In this document: positions 31,952 through 41,768 of the stretch, one piece after another
Layout of the letters: each line of letters starts with the position of its first letter
Position numbering within the stretch: the first letter of the stretch is position 1
Source: an uncultured Clostridia bacterium
GTDB lineage: Bacteria; Bacillota; Clostridia; HGM11327
Direction: 5' to 3'
DNA: 64,000 bases
Assembly (NCBI GenBank): GCA_945918795.1
Contig: CAMEIT010000001.1
Coordinates: 915-64,914 of the forward strand
Notes under the pieces: generated by a model
What the model was told of the DNA's origin: nothing
Database searches by the model: none
The model's input: only the letters and a program-made list of their open reading frames with translations
Made by a program: the position numbers and the translations under genes

Positions 31952-32684
31952 ATTCTCCTTTTATATTAAACTGTTTGATTTCATTTTCTCTGCACATAAT
32001 TCTGTACGCCGTTCCGCATTTCGAAAACGACGCCGGCAAAATGCCGCATTCATCAAGTGCGTGTGCAAGCCAAAGAGGCATTGCTCCGTTTGTTTTTATT
32101 TCCATAAGCACGTTGTTTTGTGGCAGTATCTCCCTGCCCGAAGAGCCATGCTCCAACATAAGGTCGTCGGCGCGAAAACGCGGTGCTGTGTCAAATGTTA
32201 TCCTCAGAGACGGGTCCTCACTTGCAAAATACGCCTCCCTCTCGTAGCTCAGCACTACCGCGGGCTTCGGCTTGTTGTAAAAAAACATCATGTAATCGAT
32301 CTCTCTCATTATCTGTGAATCAAACGGTTTTATTCCGTTGTCAATATATCGCCTTGCCTCTTCAAGAGTCATAGCCTCTCTGCGCTTGTATACAACGCCC
32401 TTATACTTTTTCTTTATTTCAAAAAACACCTTGCTGTCATCATCGGGCGTACCGTAGCTCCTGAGTCTCAGCTTTTCCTTGTATGATGTTGCTTCTATCG
32501 AGTTCCTTATCATGAGAAAATCCGAAGTGTCGAGATATATGTTCAATATTGTGTTTTTCGGGAATTTATCTGAAGAAAGTCTGCCTTTTATGATCGAAAG
32601 AAGCGCCTTATGCTGTTCTTTCGTTACAATGTATTTCTTTTCAATTCGCTTGAAAATACATATATCCCGCTCCATTTGCGTCAC
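31929..32684 (-). CDS. VTC-domain (CYTH-like polyphosphate polymerase domain) protein
   Basis: 251 aa, overlapping the DUF4956 gene. Carries the Arg/Lys/Glu-rich tunnel motifs of VTC. Confidence 0.6.
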   Translation of the reverse strand: MTQMERDICIFKRIEKKYIVTKEQHKALLSIIKGRLSSDKFPKNTILNIYLDTSDFLMIRNSIEATSYKEKLRLRSYGTPDDDSKVFFEIKKKYKGVVYKRREAMTLEEARRYIDNGIKPFDSQIMREIDYMMFFYNKPKPAVVLSYEREAYFASEDPSLRITFDTAPRFRADDLMLEHGSSGREILPQNNVLMEIKTNGAMPLWLAHALDECGILPASFSKCGTAYRIMCRENEIKQFNIKGEYENASNF

Positions 32685-32908
32685 CTCGATTTCCGCTTTT
32701 ATTATACAGATTAAAGCTTACAATAATCTGAAAGAAGGTTGAAAGAAAGATGTTCGATTATTTAAATTTACAAAGTACGGCATCACATATCGATATAGTC
32801 TATATTAAGAATAATACATATATAAGCATTTAAAATGCAATACCGCCGTCTTTGCCCGACAGCGGTATTCAGTCAAAACAATATAAATTTAATAAAGTGA
32901 TTTCACGC

Positions 32909-34234
32909 TTACTGCTTTACGATAAGTGTACCTTGAGTAAACACATTGTCAACAGAGCTTGTATCGAGAATGACAACATTATCGTTTTCCGCCAAAACCT
33001 CAATAGGTGCAAACGTTTTTTTGCCGTCGGCGTAAATATAAACGCCTGTCTGATCCTTATTTTTCACAATGTGCTCCTTTGGCACAACAAGACCTGACCA
33101 TGTTTTCTGAACAGTCACTTCCAAAGTTCTTGTTCTGTAAAGCTCCGGGAAAGAGCCCGTCGGTTCGACGGCAATAAAAGAGCTTGTTCCGTTGTGCTCG
33201 GACTTATAAATCGTTGCTATGTACTGAAGCGCGTCACTGTTGAGCCGAATTATTGCTTCATCGTTTACCTGAAGGTATTTCAGCGCATTACCCGTGCCCT
33301 CAAGCACTATATAACACTTCGTCATGTCTGAAATATAATAATCGCAGGAAGTACGCGAGTTTTTAATCGAAACAGAGCAGTTGTCCTCAAAAATATTGTC
33401 AAACGCCGTTTTGGTAACTGAATCTATATTTGAGTAGTTATACAAATTTGCGTATCCGTCCGTATTGTAAGATATAATTCCCGTTTTGAGCGCATAAATG
33501 CTTTGCGTGCATGAATCTATCTTATCCTGAATTATCTGCTCTTTATTGAGATAATCCGCAATATTCTCGTCCGTGCCGAACACCTCAAGCACCATGTCGC
33601 GCTTCTCGATATAAAGGCTGTGGAGCTTTTCGGAGTATTCATTATAGCGTTCCGGGGCATACGCAAGCGTTGTTACCATTTCATCCGAAATACTCTTTAT
33701 CTGCTCATCAATTACCAGGAGCGCATTCTTTAATATCTCGTTATCGTCCCCAAGGCGCTCGAGCATATAATTTACCGTATTTCTGCGTGCAATTTCAAGC
33801 TGTGCATACCAATCGTCATTGAAGTTTGATGTTCTTATTACCGCTATCTCATCTCCCGCATTGACAAACGTTCCGTCCTGAACGCGCGATACTATCGTGA
33901 CGTCATCGGGATATGAATATCCTCTTTCATTTTTTATCAGCAGTGCCCTTGCGTCCTCAAAAATAGTAATACTGCTGCGGTTAAGCTCATAGCAATCCGG
34001 TTCCTTTGAAGAAACGCCTACCGCTATTACCACTACTACCGCAATTATCAAAAGCAACGCCACAATAAGGCGCGGACGTATTATAAAGCCGCCTATTCTT
34101 ATTCCGCGCTTCTTTTTTGCGGCGCGTCTGCGAGCCGCCTCACGCTTGGCATTTACCGATCTGTCATATTGCTGTCGGCGGGTTAAATTGCCTTCCCGCT
34201 CATTTGATCTTGTGTTATTTGTTCTGTCATTCAT
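32909..34234 (-). CDS. Single-pass membrane protein with a basic N-terminus and a large extracytoplasmic domain (HlyD-like adaptor is possible)
   Basis: 441 aa. An RRRAAKKKRG-rich cytoplasmic head is followed by a TM helix. It starts 3 nt after nrdR. Confidence 0.4.
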   Translation of the reverse strand: MNDRTNNTRSNEREGNLTRRQQYDRSVNAKREAARRRAAKKKRGIRIGGFIIRPRLIVALLLIIAVVVVIAVGVSSKEPDCYELNRSSITIFEDARALLIKNERGYSYPDDVTIVSRVQDGTFVNAGDEIAVIRTSNFNDDWYAQLEIARRNTVNYMLERLGDDNEILKNALLVIDEQIKSISDEMVTTLAYAPERYNEYSEKLHSLYIEKRDMVLEVFGTDENIADYLNKEQIIQDKIDSCTQSIYALKTGIISYNTDGYANLYNYSNIDSVTKTAFDNIFEDNCSVSIKNSRTSCDYYISDMTKCYIVLEGTGNALKYLQVNDEAIIRLNSDALQYIATIYKSEHNGTSSFIAVEPTGSFPELYRTRTLEVTVQKTWSGLVVPKEHIVKNKDQTGVYIYADGKKTFAPIEVLAENDNVVILDTSSVDNVFTQGTLIVKQ

Positions 34235-34236
34235 TT

Positions 34237-34695
34237 TTATTTCTGCTTTTTAATATAGTCGTTGATTTCATCAAGGAAGCTGTTTATATCCTTGAACTGT
34301 CTGTAAACCGAAGCAAATCTTACATATGCAATATCGTCAAGGGATTTGAGTTCTTCCATTACATACTCGCCTATTACGGAAGAATCTATCTCCTTTTCCA
34401 TTGCGGCTTCAACTTTTTCTTTTATCTTATTTGTTATGCGGTCAATTTCTTCTATCGGTACAGGCCTCTTCTGGCACGCCTTTATAAGACCGCGCTTTAT
34501 TTTATCCGGGTCAAACAGTTCTCTTCTTCCGTCTTTTTTTACAACATATATTGTGGGTCTTTCAACGTACTCGTATGTTGTGAATTTCTTGCCGCAATTC
34601 GGGCAAACTCTGCGTCTTTTTATTGAACAGTTCTCTTCATCGGAGCGGCTGTCCGTAACTCTCGTATCAGGCGTTGAACAGTATGGGCATTTCAT
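34237..34695 (-). CDS. nrdR: Transcriptional repressor NrdR
   Basis: MKCPYCS...C.NC zinc ribbon plus an ATP-cone, 152 aa. Confidence 0.9.
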   Translation of the reverse strand: MKCPYCSTPDTRVTDSRSDEENCSIKRRRVCPNCGKKFTTYEYVERPTIYVVKKDGRRELFDPDKIKRGLIKACQKRPVPIEEIDRITNKIKEKVEAAMEKEIDSSVIGEYVMEELKSLDDIAYVRFASVYRQFKDINSFLDEINDYIKKQK

Positions 34696-34902
34696 ATGTG
34701 TTCTCCTTTGCGCGTTTTATACATTACTGAATTTTCTTATCAGTTGCGTTTGTTTATATCTGCATTATATATTATTTTTCGGTGTTTGTCAATCGTTTTG
34801 TCACATTCATTCCGCTTTATGCGGAAAATATTTCTTATATATTTCCATTATTTGCACATAATAATTCTACATTCGTTTTCACGAGAAAAAAGGAGTAATT
34901 AT

Positions 34903-35715
34903 ATGAAAAAAACCATTCTGTCAGTAATGTGCGTCGCAATGCTTATTTCATCATGCGCGTGCTCATGCAACAACGCCTCTCCCGAGGCAGCCGCTGTATA
35001 TGCTGAAGCAACAGCCGCATTAAGCGAAATCGACTGCTGTTCATTTGACATATCCGTAAAAAGCCGTATTGATTTGGGAGAAAAAGCGGAAGAATTTCTC
35101 GGTTCGGCATCTTTCCTTGTCAAAGACATTTCCGCAACCGTTAAAGGGTATTTAGACTCGGACTTCATGATGTTTGACGCCTACGGAAACGTCAATCCCG
35201 TTATCGGCTCGCTTGAATTTCAGGCAACCTCAGACGGCAATGCCGCATACTTCAAACTGCCTTGGCTATCGAGAGATGTTTATTCCGTCAGCGCAGAGTA
35301 TATTGAATGTATTTTAGGCCTGCTTTTCAATATAGGCGGGAATTTTTCCGCACTTGATTCCAAAGCATTCCGCACAAGCGCCGTTCGCTATTCTTCAAAA
35401 CAAGGCATAATCAAAGCTTACAGATTCAATACAAACATCTCCTCCGACAAAGTCAATGAAATGCTTTCCGCAGCAGTCGGCAATGTCGATAAATCTTCTT
35501 ACAATGCGGCTTCCTACCTTAAATTTATCGATATAAAAAATGTCGCTTACTCTCTTACCGCTGCAAATGGTCAGGTGCTCCAACAGGCGTTCACTGTCGA
35601 CTTTGACGCACTCGGTGAACTCCGTAATTACGTGAAGTCCGCTGTCGTTTCAATCACCATTGATATTTATGATGCCAATCAAAGCAAAGCCGTCGTGTTG
35701 CCTCGCATTTCGTGA
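34903..35715 (+). CDS. Lipoprotein of unknown function
   Basis: AAGGAG sits before MKKTILSVMCVAMLISSCAC (lipobox). The annotated longer ORF start at 34696 is unlikely. Confidence 0.6.
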   Translation: MKKTILSVMCVAMLISSCACSCNNASPEAAAVYAEATAALSEIDCCSFDISVKSRIDLGEKAEEFLGSASFLVKDISATVKGYLDSDFMMFDAYGNVNPVIGSLEFQATSDGNAAYFKLPWLSRDVYSVSAEYIECILGLLFNIGGNFSALDSKAFRTSAVRYSSKQGIIKAYRFNTNISSDKVNEMLSAAVGNVDKSSYNAASYLKFIDIKNVAYSLTAANGQVLQQAFTVDFDALGELRNYVKSAVVSITIDIYDANQSKAVVLPRIS

Positions 35716-36010
35716 GCTTTTGCAGGGCTGCCGCCCCATTTCACGCAAGGGTATTTATCGGGGCTGCCACCCCATTTCACGCAAGGGTATTTAGGGTATT
35801 TATCGGGGCTGCCTCCCCGCGCCCCGCCAAATTTCTTTTCGTGAGGCTCTGCCTCACACTCCGCAAGCCGGTCTTCGCGGGGCTGCCGCCCCGCACCCCG
35901 CCAAGCCTTTGAAAAGGCTTGACCGAAACTTTTAAACACTTCGTATAAGGCAATCAGCCTCGCCGGTGATCGTCGAGGCTGATTGCCATTTGGGTTTGAG
36001 GTTTTTTCGC
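35716..36010 (+). repeat. Structured GC-rich intergenic repeat, family B copy 1
   Basis: Inverted copy at 47262-47478. Internal tandem units gggctgccgccccatttcacgcaagggtatttatc, two copies of the 25-nt GC motif ggggctgccgccccgc(a/g)ccccgcc, and the 14-bp hairpin ggcaatcagcctcg...cgaggctgattgcc. Confidence 0.8.
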
Positions 36011-36178
36011 ACTTGAACATAGTTGGTGACCACATGCGAAAAATTTCTATAAAAATAAGTTTCGGAGGTTCCTTCTACGCCCTTCTAATGCACTTTCTTT
36101 GGTTACTGTTTATCAATTTAACTTGTATTTGAACTTTTTGGGATAATATGCAGTAATAATCGCAAGCTACGATTACAC

Positions 36179-37072
36179 CTATTTTTTCTTTTCTACAAGA
36201 AATCCATATGTCTTTTCAACCGCTTCCTTAGCTTTGGCGGTTTTGCATTTCTCAAGAAGCCTTTCGTATAACCCTTGTTTTAAATACATTTTCCCCTCAG
36301 GATCATAATATATACCCATAATTATATCTTCACTAAGACTTACAAAATCTCTGATTTGAGAGAAATAATCAGAACGAAATATCATCAATGTAGTATCATG
36401 CTCATTATCATCATACTTAACATATTCTTCTTTGAATTTTCCCGGGATTGATGATATATGCAACACCTCGCCCTCTATTACAGGAATAATATAAGCATGG
36501 AACAAGGTATCGTTGTGATTTTGTTTGAACATAACCTCTTTCGCCCTTTTTAATAGCGTTTCTAATTTGTGTGTATGCGGAACATTTTCACCTTGTAAAG
36601 AAATATAGGCTTTTAATAGTATCTCAGAAAAGAATATTAGATTATGAAACAATGCCATGGTGCGTTCTTCTACCATTTGGTAAGAGGAGCTATCAATATC
36701 ATATATTCTCTCATCGTTACAGATCTCAATTGCATCATCCAATAAATGAATTAGTACCGGTTCTTGGCATAAGAAAGCATTTACAAACTTGTTTTTTGTT
36801 GCTTTGGATGTCGCAACCAATCCCACGGTGCTTATCCATACAAAACCAAACTCACTTTTAGAAATATGTACATTCTTTTCTTTATCAAAATAATAATGTT
36901 TCTCTTGGAATGTTTCGACCGATATGCCAATGGCATCAAAAAAGCGATTGTATAAATCATCACTATCAAAAACAAAAGCCATTGCAAAAGACGGACCATT
37001 GAAATATCGATGTAATAAGTATTCCAAATCATTATCATTTTTTATGATGATAGCATCTTCTTTTGTTACCAT
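36179..37072 (-). CDS. Hypothetical protein (AT-rich gene)
   Basis: 297-aa ORF with no recognisable motif. Its base composition is visibly AT-richer than the flanking genes. Confidence 0.4.
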   Translation of the reverse strand: MVTKEDAIIIKNDNDLEYLLHRYFNGPSFAMAFVFDSDDLYNRFFDAIGISVETFQEKHYYFDKEKNVHISKSEFGFVWISTVGLVATSKATKNKFVNAFLCQEPVLIHLLDDAIEICNDERIYDIDSSSYQMVEERTMALFHNLIFFSEILLKAYISLQGENVPHTHKLETLLKRAKEVMFKQNHNDTLFHAYIIPVIEGEVLHISSIPGKFKEEYVKYDDNEHDTTLMIFRSDYFSQIRDFVSLSEDIIMGIYYDPEGKMYLKQGLYERLLEKCKTAKAKEAVEKTYGFLVEKKK

Positions 37073-37238
37073 GAATCCCTCTTAATAATTTGCATCTAAC
37101 ACTCCACCGCGGCGGCTTCATCATCGAACCAATTCTGCCTCCCGGCTTAGCGTTTTTAATGGGCGGCACAAAGCACAAATACGGTAAAAATTCTTTGTTT
37201 ATGTGATATTTACTCATCTTATTCTCCCTTGCAATACA

Positions 37239-37658
37239 TCAAGTCATATCAAAGGTTTTGTATCCAAGTTCGTTAATTTTTAATTGCAAATTGCAAAAAC
37301 GCCTACGGGTATTATTTTTTGAAAATAATTCAGCCATTCTGCCCTTTTCAATGAATTTTATCATTATAGGTTTAGGCAAAGAATAAAAAGTAAAGCTCCA
37401 ATCCGTAATTTCTTTTTCCCCAACACACTTCGATTTTTCAAGTGAGTTTACCTTTGCCCAAACCTCAGCGCACACATCAAAATCGATATACGTACCATTT
37501 TTCAGCGTAATGCCTTGTGCGGAAATATCGGCTATTTCGTTTTCCGTAAACGCTTCGTAATCCGAGAAATATTTGTCTATATCCATTCTATCACACCTTG
37601 GCTGTATTTCCGGTTTTATTTGAAAACCTTTGAAGTCGTGCTCAAGTTTTTTCATCAT
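37239..37658 (-). CDS. Hypothetical protein
   Basis: About 139-aa ORF, probably starting at MMKKLEHD. Confidence 0.35.
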   Translation of the reverse strand: MMKKLEHDFKGFQIKPEIQPRCDRMDIDKYFSDYEAFTENEIADISAQGITLKNGTYIDFDVCAEVWAKVNSLEKSKCVGEKEITDWSFTFYSLPKPIMIKFIEKGRMAELFSKNNTRRRFCNLQLKINELGYKTFDMT

Positions 37659-37666
37659 GCTCTCCC

Positions 37667-38581
37667 TTACGGCAGGCAATGCCCTGCTGCGCGGTATATT
37701 TCATACCATTCCGCGCGTGTCAGCGTCACGTCTGCGGCTTTGCAGATGTCGGTCAGGTGAGCGGGATTCATCGTTCCCGCAATCAACTGCATATTGGCAG
37801 GGTGGCGCAATATCCATGCAGTCGCCACTCCGGTTTTGGATAATCCGTATTTTTCGCCGATCTCCGCAAGTTTTGCATTCAGCTCGGGAAAATCCGCATT
37901 GTCAACAAAAGTCCCTCCAAAAAATCCGTATTGGAACGGCGACCATGCCTGAATCGTCATTTTATTGATGCGGCTGTATTCCAATAGTCCGCCGTCGTGC
38001 ATTTGGGACTCCATGTTCTTCATATTCACATTCATGCCCGACGTCACCATGCCCGCCTCAGTAACCGAGAATTGCAACTGATTGATGACAAGGGGCTGTC
38101 CGATAGCCGTTTTGAGCAGTTCAATCTGCATCGGGTTATGATTGGATACGCCGAAATGATGCACCTTTCCGGATGATTCCAGAGAGTCAAACGCCTCTGC
38201 CACCTCTTCGGGTTCCATAAGCGTATCGGGGCGATGAAGCAGAAGAAAATCAACATAGTCCACGCCCAAACGGGAAAGGCTTCCTTCCACCGAACGGATA
38301 ATATGTTCCTTTGAAAAATCGTACTGTCCGTCGTGAATGGCGCATTTTGTCTGGATAAACATCTTTTCCCTCGCGCCCTTGTGTCGACTCAGATACGCGC
38401 CAAACAGCAGTTCCGAGTTGCCGCCTCCGTAAATGTCTGCGTGGTCAAAGAAATTGATGCCGTTTCCCAGTGCGCAGTCAATAATCTCGTCTACTCTTTT
38501 CTCTTCAAGCCCTGCCATTCTCATACAGCCCAAAGAGATTGCGGATGCTAAAATCTGTCCGCCTATTGTGATATATTTCAT
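37667..38581 (-). CDS. Aldo/keto reductase
   Basis: DHADIYGGG, LHRPD, and AKR catalytic tetrad context, 304 aa. Confidence 0.85.
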   Translation of the reverse strand: MKYITIGGQILASAISLGCMRMAGLEEKRVDEIIDCALGNGINFFDHADIYGGGNSELLFGAYLSRHKGAREKMFIQTKCAIHDGQYDFSKEHIIRSVEGSLSRLGVDYVDFLLLHRPDTLMEPEEVAEAFDSLESSGKVHHFGVSNHNPMQIELLKTAIGQPLVINQLQFSVTEAGMVTSGMNVNMKNMESQMHDGGLLEYSRINKMTIQAWSPFQYGFFGGTFVDNADFPELNAKLAEIGEKYGLSKTGVATAWILRHPANMQLIAGTMNPAHLTDICKAADVTLTRAEWYEIYRAAGHCLP

Positions 38582-38691
38582 AATTACCTCCGAATTTATG
38601 TTGTTTTTTGTGTCAAGCGAGCAGTCATGATCGCCATAGTAAACTATTTGATGTGTATCTCGCCGTCAATGCAGATACTCTCTCCCCGATC

Positions 38692-39174
38692 TCATTGTCT
38701 ATCCCGTTTCAAAACGGCATCAAGAAGCGCCGTGCACCCCTCGAAAATATCCCGATATGCAACGTCAAACCTCTCTGTATACCACGGATCGGCAACATCG
38801 CCGCCACGGTCGGTGTAGTCCATAAGCTTATGCACTTTCCCGGCCGGATCGCCTCCGAAAATACGGAGTATATCACGGATATTGGCGCTATCCATGCCGA
38901 TGAACAGATCGTATTTGTCATAGTCACTCTTTTTCAGCTGCACCGCACGCTTACCGCCACAGGACAGCCCATGCTTTGCAAGCTCCGCCTTTGCATGTGG
39001 ATGGACGGAATTGCCTATGCCGTTCCATATTTCCGCTGTACTCGTGGCAGAGGAAGCAATCACGAATCGATCTGCCGCGCCTCGCCTTGCAACAATGTCT
39101 TTGAATATAAACTCTGCCATCGGACTGCGACAAATATTGCCGAGGCAGACGAACATGATTTTCGTCATACCCAT
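38692..39174 (-). CDS. Low-molecular-weight protein tyrosine phosphatase
   Basis: FVCLGNICRSPMAE P-loop (CX5R), 160 aa. Confidence 0.85.
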   Translation of the reverse strand: MGMTKIMFVCLGNICRSPMAEFIFKDIVARRGAADRFVIASSATSTAEIWNGIGNSVHPHAKAELAKHGLSCGGKRAVQLKKSDYDKYDLFIGMDSANIRDILRIFGGDPAGKVHKLMDYTDRGGDVADPWYTERFDVAYRDIFEGCTALLDAVLKRDRQ

Positions 39175-39579
39175 TCAAAACTCAACCTTGACAGTTTCGC
39201 TTGTGAAAGAAGTAATGATCGCGACAGCATTTTTCATATAAAAAACCTGTGTATTGCCGTCGTTTTCATCGTACATTCCGTGGAGATCGGGGTAAGCATC
39301 CAGCATGGATTTTCTTGCCTCAACGCGGTCATCCTCGACAAGCTCGCACGCAATGCGAATCCATTCTCCGTCGCAAAACGCGCATATCTCAACCTTTGGA
39401 TTCTGGGCAATCTGACGGCTGACCGGTTTGAGCTTGCCTGTCTGAATACAGAGTTTTCCTTCAAACTCGTTCACCGTCCCAAACGGACGAACTCTCGGCT
39501 GATTTCCCTCGACCGTTGCGAGGTAGTATGTTTGTGCTTTTTTCAAAAAATCATAGACTCGTTTCATTGTGTCCTCCAT
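39175..39579 (-). CDS. Pyridoxamine-5'-phosphate-oxidase-like FMN-binding protein
   Basis: YLATVEGNQPRVRPF split-barrel motif, 134 aa. Confidence 0.7.
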   Translation of the reverse strand: MEDTMKRVYDFLKKAQTYYLATVEGNQPRVRPFGTVNEFEGKLCIQTGKLKPVSRQIAQNPKVEICAFCDGEWIRIACELVEDDRVEARKSMLDAYPDLHGMYDENDGNTQVFYMKNAVAIITSFTSETVKVEF

Positions 39580-39584
39580 AGATA

Positions 39585-41723
39585 TTATATTTCTTTAATA
39601 CCCAAACTCTTTAAATATTGATACGTCCCGTCATAATACTCAGGCAGTCGCGTGCTGTCTTCCCAAAAACCACTGACAGTTTTATTTGAGTTTCCGGCAG
39701 GAACGCATATAACCATTCCGGCTCTTGCGCGGGTAAGCAGTACCCGATATGCGTTCAACATATATTTTTGCAATTCGATATTGTTTTCTGTGTTACCGGT
39801 TTGTCTCACCCATTTTGTCTGCCCATTAAATCGATAAAAACACCATTTGCCGTTTTCATATCTCATATCAGCGTCCCAAAGCAGGCAAGTGTAATCAAGC
39901 TCCAAGCCTTGAACCTGAATTTCTGTTGCGGCATCCTCAAGATAATTCGATGATCTTGTGTCAACTTTATCCTCAAGAAACCAGTGAACTGCGTTCTCGT
40001 CACCCGACGGCAGAATATGTATTCCGAGTGGCTTATACCTCGCAGATTCTTTCGTTACAAGAACTCCGGTTCGTTCTGTGCCCCTCACTTTCTTATGAAG
40101 CCATTCCTTTGCCTTGGCCATATCTCTTGTCAAAACGATCGGATAATGGTCTTTTATCTCATCATATATCCTTGATGCACTTTCATCAAAAGACAATAAT
40201 GCGTGGACAAAAGCAGAGAGCTTTTCCGCCCGATATGATCTGAGCGAAACGCCCAAATGCAAGCTTTCATCAAATGTCACATGCCTATTTTCTTTCAGAA
40301 GCTCATTAACTTTTCCTTCAGCATACTCGGCTTGGATCAATTTCGGAGAAATATAAACGTTCCAATGAGGGAATCTTTCATTTAACGCTTTAATCCATTC
40401 GGATATTCCGGCTTCTCCGGTATTTATCTCTTGCCCACCTCCCACAAGGCAGACAATAGTTGCCCAATCCTCGCGCTGATCAAGCGACCAAATCAGAAAG
40501 GCAGCTTCCGACATGGGAAAATTCGGAACCTTGAGCTTATTTCCATATGTTCCGCCTCTTTTGAGATAATCCGCAAGCCTTTTGTGTGTCCATGACCGTT
40601 GAGCCTCGTCAAATATGGCAACATGCTCAACCTCACCGAATCCGGCCTTCTCCATTTTCACGGCCTTTTCAGGATCAATTTCAAGAACTCCGTTTTCAAC
40701 AGGATTCTTGATTTTTGCCAGCATATTATCGCGGTAGCGGTGAATCATCTGAATTGATTTGCTTACCTCACGACGGGAGTCGGTGAGCTTCTTTTTCTCA
40801 TTTTTATCGCGACACCGCTTGAAGTTATCTTGCGCAAGTGCCTCTGTTAATACTGCAACAAGAGGACCATTGCCGGACAAATAAACAGCACCTTCATCTT
40901 TAACCGGTTCGTCATGTCCCTGATATGTCTGCTTGATTGCAACATCAAGCCCGACAAGTGTTTTCCCGGCACCGGGAACTCCGGTTACAAAGCAGATACT
41001 TTTCTTCTGCTTTTCCTTGCTATCCTGAATGACTTTCAAAATATATGCAATCGTTTTATCGGTGGAAACCTTGTCTGCTTCATGGCGCGTTATATTTTCA
41101 ACTGAATGGTTCTCATATAACGATTTTGCTGCTTCAATGATCGTTGGTGTGGGAGCATAGGGGCTGATAATCCAATTTGAATTAACAGGTGATTCATTCG
41201 GAAATTTCACCAGCACCTCAGAAATCAAATTTGATATGCCATTTTCTCCGGAAACCAACGGATTTACCACCCTATCATCATATACCGACATTTGAATACT
41301 GGTGGACGAATCGTTATGCTTCGTTGCAATCAATATAGGCACAATTATTCTGTCTTGACTGAACTTATGAAAATTCTTTAAGTCAAGCGCATAGTCAAGA
41401 ACTTGGTCTATATCCGATTCTAATATTTTGGATTCCCCCACTTTGAATTCGAGACAAAACACAATCCCTTTTAATAATAAAACCACGTCAATTCTTTTGC
41501 CAAGTCGTGGAATATCATACTCAAAAATAATTTGCCCATTTTCTCCTGAATAGACGGACAAAACCTGCTTCATTATGGAAATTTCAGACTTCCACGCTTC
41601 TCTTGTAGTCGTAAGAGCTTCACCGTGGTATTTATCGCATAGAAGCCCGAGAAGAGAATTACTATCCGCATAAATAAATCTATCAAAACTATCATTGAAC
41701 AAACAGCGAGTGCTATCTCTCAT
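39585..41723 (-). CDS. DUF2075-family ATPase (SF1 helicase-like) with an N-terminal PD-(D/E)xK nuclease-like domain
   Basis: N-terminal EYDIP...RIDVVLL...CLEFKV (E/D/ExK pattern). Walker A FVTGVPGAGKTLVG. Walker B VAIFDEAQR. AAAGGAG sits 8 nt before the ATG at 41723. Confidence 0.7.
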   Translation of the reverse strand: MRDSTRCLFNDSFDRFIYADSNSLLGLLCDKYHGEALTTTREAWKSEISIMKQVLSVYSGENGQIIFEYDIPRLGKRIDVVLLLKGIVFCLEFKVGESKILESDIDQVLDYALDLKNFHKFSQDRIIVPILIATKHNDSSTSIQMSVYDDRVVNPLVSGENGISNLISEVLVKFPNESPVNSNWIISPYAPTPTIIEAAKSLYENHSVENITRHEADKVSTDKTIAYILKVIQDSKEKQKKSICFVTGVPGAGKTLVGLDVAIKQTYQGHDEPVKDEGAVYLSGNGPLVAVLTEALAQDNFKRCRDKNEKKKLTDSRREVSKSIQMIHRYRDNMLAKIKNPVENGVLEIDPEKAVKMEKAGFGEVEHVAIFDEAQRSWTHKRLADYLKRGGTYGNKLKVPNFPMSEAAFLIWSLDQREDWATIVCLVGGGQEINTGEAGISEWIKALNERFPHWNVYISPKLIQAEYAEGKVNELLKENRHVTFDESLHLGVSLRSYRAEKLSAFVHALLSFDESASRIYDEIKDHYPIVLTRDMAKAKEWLHKKVRGTERTGVLVTKESARYKPLGIHILPSGDENAVHWFLEDKVDTRSSNYLEDAATEIQVQGLELDYTCLLWDADMRYENGKWCFYRFNGQTKWVRQTGNTENNIELQKYMLNAYRVLLTRARAGMVICVPAGNSNKTVSGFWEDSTRLPEYYDGTYQYLKSLGIKEI

Positions 41724-41768
41724 TGGAACTACTCCTTTCAACCGCATATTTCCCGGGACTTATCCTTC

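Noticed and set aside
34696-34902. Long N-terminal extension of the lipoprotein ORF (34696..35715)
   Set aside because: The extension overlaps the nrdR promoter region and has no RBS. A strong AAGGAG-ATG with a classic lipoprotein signal peptide begins at 34903.
37035-37217. 60-aa ORF overlapping the start of the 297-aa hypothetical gene
   Set aside because: It overlaps a longer ORF and has no RBS. Its composition is Lys/Arg/His-rich nonsense.
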